DNA from: a virus
Lineage: Duplodnaviria; Caudoviricetes
Direction: 5' to 3' (one strand)
Virus record (IMG/VR): IMGVR_UViG_3300020045_004936
Span: 1 to 45,399 of that record
Length of the DNA stretch: 45,399 nucleotides
Part shown: piece after piece, positions 27,336 to 37,316 of the stretch
Layout of the letters: each line of letters starts with the position of its first letter
Numbering within the stretch: position 1 is the first letter of the stretch
Made by a program: the position numbers and the translations under genes
Notes under the pieces: generated by a model
The model's input: the letters and a program-made list of their open reading frames with translations, nothing else
The model's database searches: none
Told to the model about the DNA's origin: nothing

Positions 27336-28286
27336 ATGGCAGGTGAATACTTTTTACAAACATCTTTAGACCAGGTGCTTGTCACCTCACTGGCTGACTA
27401 TGGCAAGCAAGTGACGGACAACGCCTATAACGGAAATACGCTATTGGCTTTGCTTAAGGCCAATGGACGCAAGAAGATGATTAATGGCGGAACGTCCATT
27501 ATCCGTCAGCTTGTGGACGAGGTTCAGAACAATGGTGGGTTCTATCTCGGTAACGATACCCTCTCGACCAACCAGACCGACACTCTGAACGCAGTTGAAT
27601 ACAAGTGGCAGAATGCTTACGAGCCAATTCAGATATCGCGTGACGAAGAGCGTCAGAACAGCGGAGATGAGCACAGGCTTATCAACCTGCTTGAGACGAA
27701 GATTAAGCTGAGCGAGCTAGCTATTCAAAAGCGCATGGAACAAGCCATGTCTACGCCTACTGGTGGAGCCAATAACTTGATTGACCTTGAAACCTTGGTC
27801 AACACAGGTACTCTTGGCACTATCGCAGGTGCTTCTCAGACATTCTGGCAGTCTACCGTTACGACCTCGGGAGCTTTCGCTACCCAGGGTTTGTCCGACA
27901 TGACGACGGCCTACTACGCGGTATCAGGTTCGCAGATGCAGGAGAATCCTACTCACTTCTTGACGACGAAAACGGTCTTCATCAAGTTCGAGCAGACTCG
28001 TCTTCCTCTCGAACGCTTCCAGAACACGATGACGGCTAACGCTGGATTCGAGAACCTGACGTTCAAGGGCAAGCCCATCACATACGGTAACTTCATTAGC
28101 TCCGGCCTCCTGTTCGGCCTGAACCTGAACTATATCGACTGGGTGGTTGATACGGAGACGGACTTTATCACGACTCCGTTCATAGTCCCTACGAACCAAA
28201 CCTCGAAGGTAGCCTTCATCCTGGTTCGTGGCAATATGATAACTGATAACCGCCGTAGGCACTTCAAACTTACGTCGATTTCTTAA
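27336..28286 (+). CDS. Major capsid protein
   Basis: 316 aa; DN...N.LL..L, GG..I, A.Y.W, GFENL.FKG.PI motifs typical of this capsid class; biased codon use. Confidence 0.9.
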   Translation: MAGEYFLQTSLDQVLVTSLADYGKQVTDNAYNGNTLLALLKANGRKKMINGGTSIIRQLVDEVQNNGGFYLGNDTLSTNQTDTLNAVEYKWQNAYEPIQISRDEERQNSGDEHRLINLLETKIKLSELAIQKRMEQAMSTPTGGANNLIDLETLVNTGTLGTIAGASQTFWQSTVTTSGAFATQGLSDMTTAYYAVSGSQMQENPTHFLTTKTVFIKFEQTRLPLERFQNTMTANAGFENLTFKGKPITYGNFISSGLLFGLNLNYIDWVVDTETDFITTPFIVPTNQTSKVAFILVRGNMITDNRRRHFKLTSIS

Positions 28287-28304
28287 TAGAAAGGGACTAA
28301 TCAA

Positions 28305-28592
28305 ATGGCAGCCGTTGTCCCTTCTTCAGTCAGGAATGCTGGTGCTATGGGAGATACGACCTTACTTGTCGTTACCCTCCCTAACACTATGGATGACACA
28401 AACACTTGGGATTCGGGTCTCGGAACCAGGGTCGTTGACTACTGGACAGCCGATACGAACAACCCCTCAACCCAGGCAAGTGTCGGAATCGCAGTTGTTT
28501 ACTCCGCAACGACAGGAACGGGTACATTCACCTTCTATCCTGCGGAAGATAACAAGGGCGGGTTCCTCTTCATCCGAGTAATTGGTTCGTAA
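28305..28592 (+). CDS. Putative capsid decoration/minor head protein
   Basis: Small beta-rich protein right after the capsid gene. Confidence 0.5.
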   Translation: MAAVVPSSVRNAGAMGDTTLLVVTLPNTMDDTNTWDSGLGTRVVDYWTADTNNPSTQASVGIAVVYSATTGTGTFTFYPAEDNKGGFLFIRVIGS

Positions 28593-28604
28593 GTAATCTT
28601 AACC

Positions 28605-28638
28605 TCCCTGGGGCTTGTATGCCTCAGGGGGAACTTTA
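28605..28638 (+). terminator. Hairpin after the capsid genes
   Basis: CCCTGGGGC-TTGTAT-GCCTCAGGG stem; weak T tract. Confidence 0.45.
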
Positions 28639-28683
28639 AACCGCCCGATATGTTGACGCTAGCAGAGGGGCAAGGAGAATAAA

Positions 28684-29478
28684 ATGGCTCTTGATTCAAC
28701 TCGTTATTTTTCTAACCAGGCATCAGTTGGTCTTGGTGGTGCAACGGCAGGTCAGTTTGATAAGTTTGACCTTCATGCGACTGCTAAATATCCGCTTGGC
28801 TTCAAAGTCGAACAGTACGATGGTTCTGTCTATCGCTATTCCCACATGGGCGCGGCAACCAACAGAGGCATCGTTGTTTCCCAGGATTTATCAGAAACGT
28901 CAGTAGTTGATACGGACAATGCAGTTATTGCTCCTGCCTCTGCCGTAGCTGTTCCTGATGAAACCATGCGCCCTGGTGCAATCGGCTCCCATTATGTTGA
29001 ACTGACTCTTGCCGCAGTTACGGCTAATCAGTTTTCCGGTGGAAAGTTTGTCACTACGGATGACACAGGTGAAGGCTATACCTACGATATCCTTGGTAAC
29101 ACAGCTACGGATAACCCCGCAACTGGCAACATTCGTTTGACTCTTGCCCAGAAACTGCAAGTAGCCCTTGATACGACTACAGACGTTGCAATTACTGGTA
29201 GCATGTATTCAGACCTTGAAGCTACGACAACGACAGACGAGGCTCCCGCTGGTGTAACTTGTTCGACCACGACCTCTGCTCTACCTTATGGCTGGATTCA
29301 AACCAAAGGTACGGTTGGTATACTACAGTCAGGTACTGTAAACATTGGTGATGTGATTACATCTGGTGGTGCTGGTGACGTTGCTACAGCCACTGTATTT
29401 ACTTCTCCGTTTATGGGCTTCTGTATTGACCCGGGTGACACAACTGGTCACGGAACCTTCCACATCAACTTAGAATAA
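28684..29478 (+). CDS. Putative capsid cement/decoration protein
   Basis: YPLG....DG..YRY and YGWIQTKG motifs, Thr/Ala-rich, AAGGAG RBS. Confidence 0.6.
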   Translation: MALDSTRYFSNQASVGLGGATAGQFDKFDLHATAKYPLGFKVEQYDGSVYRYSHMGAATNRGIVVSQDLSETSVVDTDNAVIAPASAVAVPDETMRPGAIGSHYVELTLAAVTANQFSGGKFVTTDDTGEGYTYDILGNTATDNPATGNIRLTLAQKLQVALDTTTDVAITGSMYSDLEATTTTDEAPAGVTCSTTTSALPYGWIQTKGTVGILQSGTVNIGDVITSGGAGDVATATVFTSPFMGFCIDPGDTTGHGTFHINLE

Positions 29479-29485
29479 TGAAGAA

Positions 29486-29513
29486 GCCGGGGAGGATTGG
29501 ACTCTTCCCCGGC
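29486..29513 (+). terminator. GC-rich hairpin (terminator or stability element)
   Basis: GCCGGGGAGGA-TTGGAC-TCTTCCCCGGC; poor U tract. Confidence 0.5.
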
Positions 29514-29533
29514 ATATTCTAAGGAGATAGCTT

Positions 29534-30124
29534 ATGTACCAGGATGGTTTAGTCGGAGATATAGTTAAGCGAGATTCTGGCCAGGTTCCATTTGGCGTAG
29601 CATCAGGCCAAAGGGCTAACGAAGTCAGAATCTGGCACGTTCATATCATTTCCACAGGTTCTGCTGGAGAGGTAAAACTCTACAATGGAACTTCTACATC
29701 TGGTGAACTTCGTTATCAGCTAAAGGGAACTGCAAGCACAGGAGTAGACTTTGACTTTGGGACAAATGGGGCTTTATTTGAAAGTGGTTGCTACTGCGAG
29801 TTTGTTACTGATGCTAACATTACATCCGTAACTTTCTCCTATTATGGCACAGCAAACATTTCTTCAAGTTCCAGCTCTAGCTCCAGGTCAAGCTCCTCTT
29901 CTTCGTCCTCAAGCTCTTGCAGAAGCTCGTCTAGTTCTTCTAGGAGTTCTTCTAGTAGTTCTATGTCAAGCTCGAGTTCTTCATGTAGTTCATCTAGTAG
30001 TTCTTGTAGGAGTTCTTCGAGCAGTAGCTGTAGCTCGTCTAGTTCTTCAAGCTCTAGGTCAAGTTCGTCTAGCTCTTCAAGCTCTTCTTGTAGAAGTAGC
30101 TCTAGTTCCTCAGCAAACCTTTGA
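29534..30124 (+). CDS. Small beta-sandwich-like virion protein with 84-aa Ser/Cys/Arg tail
   Basis: About 109-aa globular domain, tract 29861-30112, ends SANL. Confidence 0.75.
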   Translation: MYQDGLVGDIVKRDSGQVPFGVASGQRANEVRIWHVHIISTGSAGEVKLYNGTSTSGELRYQLKGTASTGVDFDFGTNGALFESGCYCEFVTDANITSVTFSYYGTANISSSSSSSSRSSSSSSSSSSCRSSSSSSRSSSSSSMSSSSSSCSSSSSSCRSSSSSSCSSSSSSSSRSSSSSSSSSSCRSSSSSSANL

Positions 30125-30180
30125 TGCTACTACTAAACCTGGATAACCCAGGAAGTGACGCAAAAGGAAAAGGAGAATAA

Positions 30181-30594
30181 ATGCCTCGATATGTGTCAAA
30201 TGATGGTAAATGGACACCCGCAAAGGAAAAGGTAGCAATCACCAATTCTAAAGGTGAGCCGGAAATCTATGATGGGCCTGACCGCGCCGCCTTGGAAGAA
30301 ATGAAGGCAGGCAACGTTGAATCCCGTTATTTCTGGGAAGATACCGAGTGGGTGAATAGAGTGCGCCAACTCCACAACATGTCCATGAAAGAATACATGG
30401 ATTCTGTTGGCTTCGATAAGACTGTCTCTGAGACAGATTTTAAGAAGAAGTTGGAAGTCGTCAACACCCACAAGGAAGAGGGGCGTAAGCCAGCTTCCAA
30501 GTTCGCCTCTGGCGGCAAGAATACAGCCGGAAGTGGTGGCTCCCTCGAAGGCGATTTCGGTGACCTCGCCGACGCAAAGGCAAAGGTGAAGTAA
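30181..30594 (+). CDS. Hypothetical protein
   Basis: AAGGAG RBS; charged composition. Confidence 0.7.
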   Translation: MPRYVSNDGKWTPAKEKVAITNSKGEPEIYDGPDRAALEEMKAGNVESRYFWEDTEWVNRVRQLHNMSMKEYMDSVGFDKTVSETDFKKKLEVVNTHKEEGRKPASKFASGGKNTAGSGGSLEGDFGDLADAKAKVK

Positions 30595-31086
30595 TTGTCA
30601 ATAAGCCTTGACTCCCAGGTAGTCAAGCAAGCAAACATAACTGCTTCCTCTAGCGGTAACAACACAGTTGTTTCTGCCGTTCAGGGGAGGCAGATATGGG
30701 TGCTGAAGTGTGTAATGATTTCTTCTGGAGATGTCAACGTCAAGTTCCAATCAGGTGCTAGTGGACAAGATATTACAGGTTTATTCTACCTTACTGCCAA
30801 CACAGGCTTCGCTATGGCCCAGGATGACGGTATGTATGCGGCTCCTTGGTGCAAGACTCGTACAGGAGATTTGCTAAACCTAAACCTCTCAGGTGCTACA
30901 GCCGTAGGTGGCGTTCTAAGTTATATAGAGGTAGAATCTGGTCAGTATTCTTCAAGTTCCTCAAGTTGTCGCAGCAGTTCATCCTCATGTTCATCTAGCT
31001 CTTGCCGCAGTTCATCGAGTTCGAGTCAGAGTAGCTCATCTTCAAGCCGCTCTTCCTCTAGCTCAAGTTCTTCGGCAAATCCGTGA
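30595..31086 (+). CDS. Small beta-sandwich-like virion protein with 42-aa Ser/Cys/Arg tail
   Basis: TTG start right after the upstream TAA; tract 30949-31074; ends SANP; GTGA overlap with the aminotransferase. Confidence 0.72.
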   Translation: MSISLDSQVVKQANITASSSGNNTVVSAVQGRQIWVLKCVMISSGDVNVKFQSGASGQDITGLFYLTANTGFAMAQDDGMYAAPWCKTRTGDLLNLNLSGATAVGGVLSYIEVESGQYSSSSSSCRSSSSSCSSSSCRSSSSSSQSSSSSSRSSSSSSSSANP

Positions 31087-32144
31087 TAGACCTATTCCGT
31101 CCATTCGTTACGCAGGAAATGCGTGATGCGGTGAACGAAACTCTCCATTCTCGCTTCGTCGGTCAAGGCCCAAAGGTAGACCTATTCGAGAAAGACTTCT
31201 GCTACAAGTTTAACCTAGACTACGCCGCCTCTATGAACTCCGGCACATCGGCTCTTGAGACAGCCTATGATTTGATTGGGCTGAAGGAAGGTGATGAGGT
31301 AATCTCCACCCCTCTTACTTGTACCGCCACAAATCTTCCTCTAATACGCCGAGGCGTTAAAATAGTCTGGGCCGATATCCTCGAAGACACTCTCTGCATC
31401 AACCCCGTAGATGCCATAAAGAAGATAACGGAGCGTACTAAGGCAATCGTCCAAGTCCATCTTGGCGGCATAATGGCAAATGTTGGAGATGTAGGTGTGC
31501 CAGTCGTTTCAGATGCCTGCCAAGCCCTCGGTATCTTTAACGGTGACTACACATGTTGCTCCTTCCAAGCCATCAAGCACATTACAACTGGTGATGGCGG
31601 CATGCTTGTTACAGGTGACGCGGAATCCCACCACAAAGCTAAGCTCCTGCGCTGGTTTGGAATAGACCGCGAGAAGAAGATAGCTAACAACTGGCAGGCT
31701 TACGCCAAGAGGGCTATGACTTTCGACATTGAACTACCCGGTTGCAAGCGTCAAATGACCGACATCGCCGCCTCTATGGGTATCGTCGGACTTAAGCACT
31801 ATGACGACATCATGGCGCATCGCTCAAACATATATCATATCTACAAGGCTGAGTTAGCAGGAGTCCCAGGAATTAGGCTGGTTGATGGTGAGATAAACAC
31901 CTACTGGCTAGCGACCGTCTTAGTCGAGAAGCGTGATGACTTCGCCCGCATGATGTTTGAGGCCGACATCGACACTAACCTTGTCCAAATTCGTAACGAC
32001 ATCTTCAAGATATTCGGCGGTAAGCGAGTAAATCTACCAGTAATGAATAGGATAGAGGATAAGTATATCAGTATTCCTCTAAACATGAACGTAACCGAAG
32101 ATGATGCAGTTTATATCACACGGCGCATAAAGGGAGGGTGGTAA
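31083..32144 (+). CDS. DegT/DnrJ/EryC1/StrS-family PLP-dependent sugar aminotransferase
   Basis: NSGTSAL, GDEVI, DACQALG and SFQAIKHITTGDGGML (catalytic Lys) motifs. Confidence 0.95.
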   Translation: MIDLFRPFVTQEMRDAVNETLHSRFVGQGPKVDLFEKDFCYKFNLDYAASMNSGTSALETAYDLIGLKEGDEVISTPLTCTATNLPLIRRGVKIVWADILEDTLCINPVDAIKKITERTKAIVQVHLGGIMANVGDVGVPVVSDACQALGIFNGDYTCCSFQAIKHITTGDGGMLVTGDAESHHKAKLLRWFGIDREKKIANNWQAYAKRAMTFDIELPGCKRQMTDIAASMGIVGLKHYDDIMAHRSNIYHIYKAELAGVPGIRLVDGEINTYWLATVLVEKRDDFARMMFEADIDTNLVQIRNDIFKIFGGKRVNLPVMNRIEDKYISIPLNMNVTEDDAVYITRRIKGGW

Positions 32145-34955
32145 ATGTCTAAATGTGGATTCTGCAAGGCCGAAGTTAAACAATGGGATAGTGAGAGAGC
32201 CGGATACCTCATAGCCTCACTCAACAAGAATGGTGATGAGAGCTACCATACTCACGTTCATGGGACTCTGACTGACAAGAATATTGCTGAAGACTTGATA
32301 GATGCCCAAATCAAGGAAACTGGCCTTGTAGACCTATTCAAGCAGAAGTATGGAAGTACAGATAAGCTCTCCGGCATCAAAGAGATAATATTTCATAACC
32401 GCCAGCGAATTGGTGACATGATTATGTTTACCTGCGGAGTGCGGGACTTCAAGAAAGCCTATCCCGATATCAAGGTAAACATCATTTCCACATGTGGTCA
32501 CTTATGGGACTACAATCCCAATGTTGATAGGACAATAGTGCCGTTCTACAAGGACGGTGTAACACTAGAGAACGCCAAGCCAATAGACCTCCTCGAAGGT
32601 CGCACTAACGTCCTCAAAATTGGCCCATCCAAGCTCACCAACAAGTCCAACAGCCTTGATTGGCACTTTGCAAATGCCTTTAGGATGTCAATAGAAGATA
32701 ACCTCGGTATCCATATACCACAAGGTGAATCACGCGGTGATGTATGGCTGACTCAAGAGGAATACGACGCTCCTCGTATCACAGAGAAACCATACTGGAT
32801 TATCGTTACAGGCGGCGAAAAGGGTTGGGGCTGCAAGATGTATCCCACCGTCCGCTGGCAGGAGTTTGTTGACCAGAATCCAGAAATCCTCTTCTACCAA
32901 ATAGGCGCAAAAGGTGATGAGCATGTGAGGTTAAAGGGTGCTAATGTCGTTGACCACGTTGGTAAGACGGAGGACAGACAGACTGGTATCCGAGACCTAA
33001 TCAAGCTATTCCTCAATGCTGAGGGTTCCATCGGCCTGGTCTCCTTCCACATGCACCTGTCTGGCGCACTCAAGAAGCCATGTGTAGTAGTGGCTGGAGC
33101 TAGAGAACCAGTAAGCTTCACTCGCTATGCAGGTCATCAATACATCTCTACTGACGGTACTCTACCCTGTGCCACAACCGCCTGCTGGCACTGCGACATC
33201 AAAGCCTGCACCAATCCTGTTACCGTAGCTGGCGAGATTGTCCCCAAATGCGTAGACATGATTGAGCCTAGCGAGGTAAGTCGCTATCTCAACCGATACT
33301 ATTTAGGTGGCCGTCTAGCCAAAGACAAGCCCTCTCTAAAGCCTGTCCTCAAGAACATCGTTGAGACACCAGAGAAGCCAGTAGAGGTTCCCAAGACAGT
33401 TCACAACACCTACGGCCTTGAGTTCAATGGTGGCGCACTGACCGAACGCGACTGGGAGTTCATCTCAGGCATCATAGATAAGTATAAGGTTACTTCTGTG
33501 CTTGAGTTCGGAGCTGGTCTCTCCACTCTCCTTCTTAACGACAAGCTAAAGTATGTAGTTACCTATGAGGACAAACAGGGCTGGATAGATAAGCTAAAGA
33601 AGCTTAAGCCATGCAATATCAAGTTATGGAACGGTAAATCTACAGAAGGATTCACTGATGAAAATTTTGATATGGCCTTTGTTGATGGGCCTAGTGGGGA
33701 TTCTAGCCGTGAGCTTTCTACTCGCCTCGGGTCGGAGAGGGCCAAGATAGTAGTAGTCCATGATGCGGGGAGAGAGTTTGCTAGGAAGTTTCAGGAACAG
33801 TATCTAGCTCCAACCTTCAACGGCCCGTTCAAAGGCGGTCACCGCTGTCATGCTTGGATAGCTAAGTCTTTAGACCCTAAGCCTGAGCAGAAGCCTGATG
33901 TTCCAGCCACTCCTGACTGGCCTGCTATGACTATACCTGTCAACCGTATCAAGACAGTTAAGTTTGTTTCCACTGCTCGCGGATGGGGAGGCTGCGCTCG
34001 TAGCGTCACTACCTTGATGAAGCTACTACTCGCCCAAGGTCACAAGGTTGAGTTCGTACCATTCCGCAATCAAGTTAGCTCATCTGAGTTCAAGCAGATA
34101 CTCCAAGGTGAGTTGAAGGATGTGAAGGTAACAAACTCCTATGACATTCTCAAGGAACCATGCGACATCCTCTTCATGTACGCCGATGACTACATTTGGG
34201 AGTTCTCCAAGCCCGAAATAGCCGAAGCCTTCAGCCACATCAATGCTAAGAAGAAAATTATGGTACTCAACTATAGGCGTGGCGACGTCGGCAAGGCGGA
34301 ATGGACCAAAGGTTGGGACAAGTACATGTTCCTAAATAGTGGACAGGAGAAAGAGCTGCTTGGACTGCTGCCTACAGCCAAGACTAAAGTCCTCGCTCCT
34401 TGTACAGACCTTAGTCCATTCTTCCTCTCTAAGCCTGACTTCTCAGAACCATTCCACAAGGAGACAGCCATAAGGATAGTGAGGCACAGTTCTCAAGGCG
34501 ATACAAAGTTCGCCAAGGACTTCGGAACAGAAGTAGATGCGGTGTTAGCTTGTCGTCCTGATGTGCGTATGTCCATGCTTCCTGGGCCTAGCTTCGTTCA
34601 GGACTCCGACAGGTTCAAGAAAGTAGCTAGAACAGCTACTCCTTCTGTCATAGCCGACTTCCTAGAAACAGGCAACCTATTCTGGTACTCACTACCTACT
34701 GGCTACATGGACATGGGGCCGAGAGTAATCCTCGAAGCTATGGCTGCTGGCCTACCTATCCTAGCTGACAACTGGGGTGGAGCAGTAGACCGCGTCACTA
34801 CAGACTGCGGCTGGCTTTGCGACACCAAGGAACAGATGGTGGACATCATCAAGAATGTGACATTGGATGAGCTTAAATCAAAAGGTGCTGCAGCTCGTCT
34901 TCGCGCCAAAGAACTCTTTCACATGGACAACTGGATTAAGGAAATAGTCGAATGA
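32145..34955 (+). CDS. Multidomain enzyme: GT9-like glycosyltransferase + class I SAM methyltransferase + GT4-like glycosyltransferase
   Basis: RIGDMIM, K.YP..RWQE, S..MHL..AL.KP.VVV.G and Cys cluster (GT9-like); VLEFGAGLST, FVDGP, VVVHD (methyltransferase); GGCARS and PRVILEAMAAGLPI...GG (GT4). Confidence 0.85.
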   Translation: MSKCGFCKAEVKQWDSERAGYLIASLNKNGDESYHTHVHGTLTDKNIAEDLIDAQIKETGLVDLFKQKYGSTDKLSGIKEIIFHNRQRIGDMIMFTCGVRDFKKAYPDIKVNIISTCGHLWDYNPNVDRTIVPFYKDGVTLENAKPIDLLEGRTNVLKIGPSKLTNKSNSLDWHFANAFRMSIEDNLGIHIPQGESRGDVWLTQEEYDAPRITEKPYWIIVTGGEKGWGCKMYPTVRWQEFVDQNPEILFYQIGAKGDEHVRLKGANVVDHVGKTEDRQTGIRDLIKLFLNAEGSIGLVSFHMHLSGALKKPCVVVAGAREPVSFTRYAGHQYISTDGTLPCATTACWHCDIKACTNPVTVAGEIVPKCVDMIEPSEVSRYLNRYYLGGRLAKDKPSLKPVLKNIVETPEKPVEVPKTVHNTYGLEFNGGALTERDWEFISGIIDKYKVTSVLEFGAGLSTLLLNDKLKYVVTYEDKQGWIDKLKKLKPCNIKLWNGKSTEGFTDENFDMAFVDGPSGDSSRELSTRLGSERAKIVVVHDAGREFARKFQEQYLAPTFNGPFKGGHRCHAWIAKSLDPKPEQKPDVPATPDWPAMTIPVNRIKTVKFVSTARGWGGCARSVTTLMKLLLAQGHKVEFVPFRNQVSSSEFKQILQGELKDVKVTNSYDILKEPCDILFMYADDYIWEFSKPEIAEAFSHINAKKKIMVLNYRRGDVGKAEWTKGWDKYMFLNSGQEKELLGLLPTAKTKVLAPCTDLSPFFLSKPDFSEPFHKETAIRIVRHSSQGDTKFAKDFGTEVDAVLACRPDVRMSMLPGPSFVQDSDRFKKVARTATPSVIADFLETGNLFWYSLPTGYMDMGPRVILEAMAAGLPILADNWGGAVDRVTTDCGWLCDTKEQMVDIIKNVTLDELKSKGAAARLRAKELFHMDNWIKEIVE

Positions 34956-35563
34956 GGTCATCATACACAATCAACGACTACGGCCCTCTAATCGAGGAAT
35001 ATGTCCTCACCTGGCAACCATCAAGCTATGTAGAGCTTGGCGTCCTAGATGGTTACTCAACACTCCATATAGCCAAAGGACTTAAGCGTATCCATCAGCT
35101 TCGTGGATGGAAACCTACTCTTGACGCCTACGACCTCTTTGATGATTACCAGTTCAAGCATGGTAACAAGGAAGAAGTCGCCGACCTTCTAAAGTCCGAA
35201 GGCGTAAGCGATTACGTCAACCTCCAATCCGGTGACGCCTACAAGGTTCACGCTAACTATCCTGACGTAACCTTTGACAAGCGTGGAGTAGAGTTCCTCC
35301 ACATCGACATCAGCAATACAGGCAAGGTCTTGAGCGACATCATGGCTCTCTGGCACCCTAAGATAAGCGGACGCGCAATAGTGATGATAGAAGGCGGCTC
35401 TGAGGAGCGCGACAACGTTGGCTGGATGAAGAAGTTCGACAAGCCATCAATCAAGGCCGAGATAGAGTCGAGCGAGCTAATCAACAAGTATTATCACTAT
35501 GGGACATATTTTAGGTATCCTTCCCTCACAGTTCTTCTTCGCAAATGGTGGGATGTAAAATGA
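34952..35563 (+). CDS. Class I SAM methyltransferase (Methyltransf_24-like)
   Basis: YVELGVLDGYST, AYDLF, FLHIDISN motifs. Confidence 0.85.
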   Translation: MRSSYTINDYGPLIEEYVLTWQPSSYVELGVLDGYSTLHIAKGLKRIHQLRGWKPTLDAYDLFDDYQFKHGNKEEVADLLKSEGVSDYVNLQSGDAYKVHANYPDVTFDKRGVEFLHIDISNTGKVLSDIMALWHPKISGRAIVMIEGGSEERDNVGWMKKFDKPSIKAEIESSELINKYYHYGTYFRYPSLTVLLRKWWDVK

Positions 35564-36279
35564 CCTTTGGTCCTAACTTCTTCTCAGACGGACGGCACCC
35601 TGGGAGCCAAGAAACCTATGACTTCATAGCAGACTGGAATGGCAACAGACTTCCATTCTCTCATAAAGACGGATGGGGACGCTTCGGTATATTAGGCGTC
35701 CTAGGCGATATGGTTCTCACATCTCTTCCTGGCACCCACATAGTCGAAATAGGCACAGGAGAGTCATCAATCTACCTAACCCAACTCGCTCGTCTACACA
35801 ACAGACGCATATTCTACTGTGACGAAGCTCGCGGCAAGATAACCAACCCTCTCACCATCAAAGGTTATCTCCATGAAGACACCGTCCTGCTCAACGGTGA
35901 CGCCGCTATGCACAACTACATGAATAGCCAGGCTGTTGCCTATGTCGGCACATCGGATGACTTCTTTGCCAACATCAATCTCCCCAAAATCGGCTTAGCC
36001 TTCATCGACGGCGAACACCATTACGAATACGTCAAGCGCGACTTTGAGAACATCTTTGAGAGGCTCGTACCAGACGGTTACATCTTTATCCATGATACAT
36101 ACCCTTATGAAGAAGGACTAGTCTTGGGCGACTATTGCGCTGACTCCTATAAGATACGCCAGGAGCTTGAGAAGGACGACCGCGTAGACACCTTCTGCTT
36201 CACCAAGATGGTTGCCTGTAACGTAGGCATGTTTATGGTTCGCAAGAAACCACTCAATCGGCCTTATTATCAACAATGA
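35560..36279 (+). CDS. Class I SAM methyltransferase (Methyltransf_24-like)
   Basis: IVEIGTGESS, AFIDGEHHYE.V..DF, L.PDGYIFIHDT; ATGA overlap gives start 35560. Confidence 0.88.
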   Translation: MTFGPNFFSDGRHPGSQETYDFIADWNGNRLPFSHKDGWGRFGILGVLGDMVLTSLPGTHIVEIGTGESSIYLTQLARLHNRRIFYCDEARGKITNPLTIKGYLHEDTVLLNGDAAMHNYMNSQAVAYVGTSDDFFANINLPKIGLAFIDGEHHYEYVKRDFENIFERLVPDGYIFIHDTYPYEEGLVLGDYCADSYKIRQELEKDDRVDTFCFTKMVACNVGMFMVRKKPLNRPYYQQ

Positions 36280-37316
36280 ATGAGATAACCGAACTAGACC
36301 AGATGCTCTGCGGAATTCTGCCTAACAACTTCTCGGGCATGGACTATGACCGCACCAAGTCTAAGTACACTTGGAATGACTGTGAGTTCAATATGAACCC
36401 TCGTCCTCTCCAGGGCGACACAGCCATCATCGTCACTAGCTATCAAGGTCAGCTTGGCTGGCTAAGGGCTACACTCGAAAGTTACAGGAAGTCTGGTGCC
36501 TATGTTATCCTAGCTTACGATAATCCAGCTTTCATCTGGAACAACATAGATGACTCCGACTACATGCAAAAGATGTTTCCGCGCCCAATTCACTATCTCT
36601 TAGCCCACTCTGTAGTCACCAAGCATAAGACCTACGATGCCGATAAGCGCACAGGCTGGTTCTGGGACGTATGGCATGCCCAAGGGATAATCCGCAATAT
36701 GCCCAATATCAAGTATGTCTACTGCACAAATGGAGATTGCATCATAGAACGGCCTGAAGGCATAGCCGAACTCCCATCAATCCTAGCTGATGGCGACTTC
36801 ATGTCAGGCCAATCAATGCCTGGTGGCACAATTCACACCGCCAACATGTTTCTCAAGGTAGACACATTCCACAAGATACTAGACTACATGACAGGCCGGA
36901 TGAAGCACTCCATCATGGCCTCATGCTCCCCGGAAGGTATGCTGAGGGACGCAGTAGATGAGATTAAGCTCAAAGAGACTTTCGTTAGTCAGCCCATCCT
37001 GCCTGACGGCTCAATAGACTACTACTGCATCCAGAACCTAGACTCCACCTGGAAGAATGTGCTTGGCTTCCGCAATCTCTATGGCGAGTTCGAGTACCGA
37101 GAGAACAACGGCCTAGAACCTCTCCCATCCAAGTATCTAGACCCATTCCGCGACTACTTCTACTTCCGCGAGGACTGGCGCGAGACAGTCTGCATGTACT
37201 ACAAGACAGGCGACCGCCGTTATCTCGGTATGTTCTGGGATAGAGGCAAAGACTCAGACTACGACCGCAAGTATCTCCCACTCGAAGCCTATGGAGGGTC
37301 GCCAATATTGGTGTGA
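36276..37316 (+). CDS. Putative GT-A-fold glycosyltransferase
   Basis: AIIVTSY...LRATLES...VILAYDN and YVYCTNGDC (DxD-like) pattern; paralog of the next gene. Confidence 0.6.
   Translation: MNEITELDQMLCGILPNNFSGMDYDRTKSKYTWNDCEFNMNPRPLQGDTAIIVTSYQGQLGWLRATLESYRKSGAYVILAYDNPAFIWNNIDDSDYMQKMFPRPIHYLLAHSVVTKHKTYDADKRTGWFWDVWHAQGIIRNMPNIKYVYCTNGDCIIERPEGIAELPSILADGDFMSGQSMPGGTIHTANMFLKVDTFHKILDYMTGRMKHSIMASCSPEGMLRDAVDEIKLKETFVSQPILPDGSIDYYCIQNLDSTWKNVLGFRNLYGEFEYRENNGLEPLPSKYLDPFRDYFYFREDWRETVCMYYKTGDRRYLGMFWDRGKDSDYDRKYLPLEAYGGSPILV

Noticed and set aside
27310-27338. A-run at the scaffold stop and in-frame scaffold-capsid arrangement as frameshift or readthrough
   Set aside because: The -1 frame stops within a few codons, the stop is TAA, and the capsid gene has its own GAGG RBS.
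29861-30112. Ser tracts as microsatellite or assembly artefact
   Set aside because: No repeating DNA unit; codons are mixed and all seven tracts keep frame.
30949-31074. Ser/Cys-rich tails as RiPP (lanthipeptide or azole) precursors
   Set aside because: No LanB/C/M, YcaO or radical SAM gene is visible; neighbours are sugar enzymes and the tails are fused to structural domains.
34952-36279. Methyltransferases as DNA methylases
   Set aside because: No DPPY/NPPY or PCQ catalytic motifs; the motifs fit small-molecule or sugar methyltransferases in a GT cluster.
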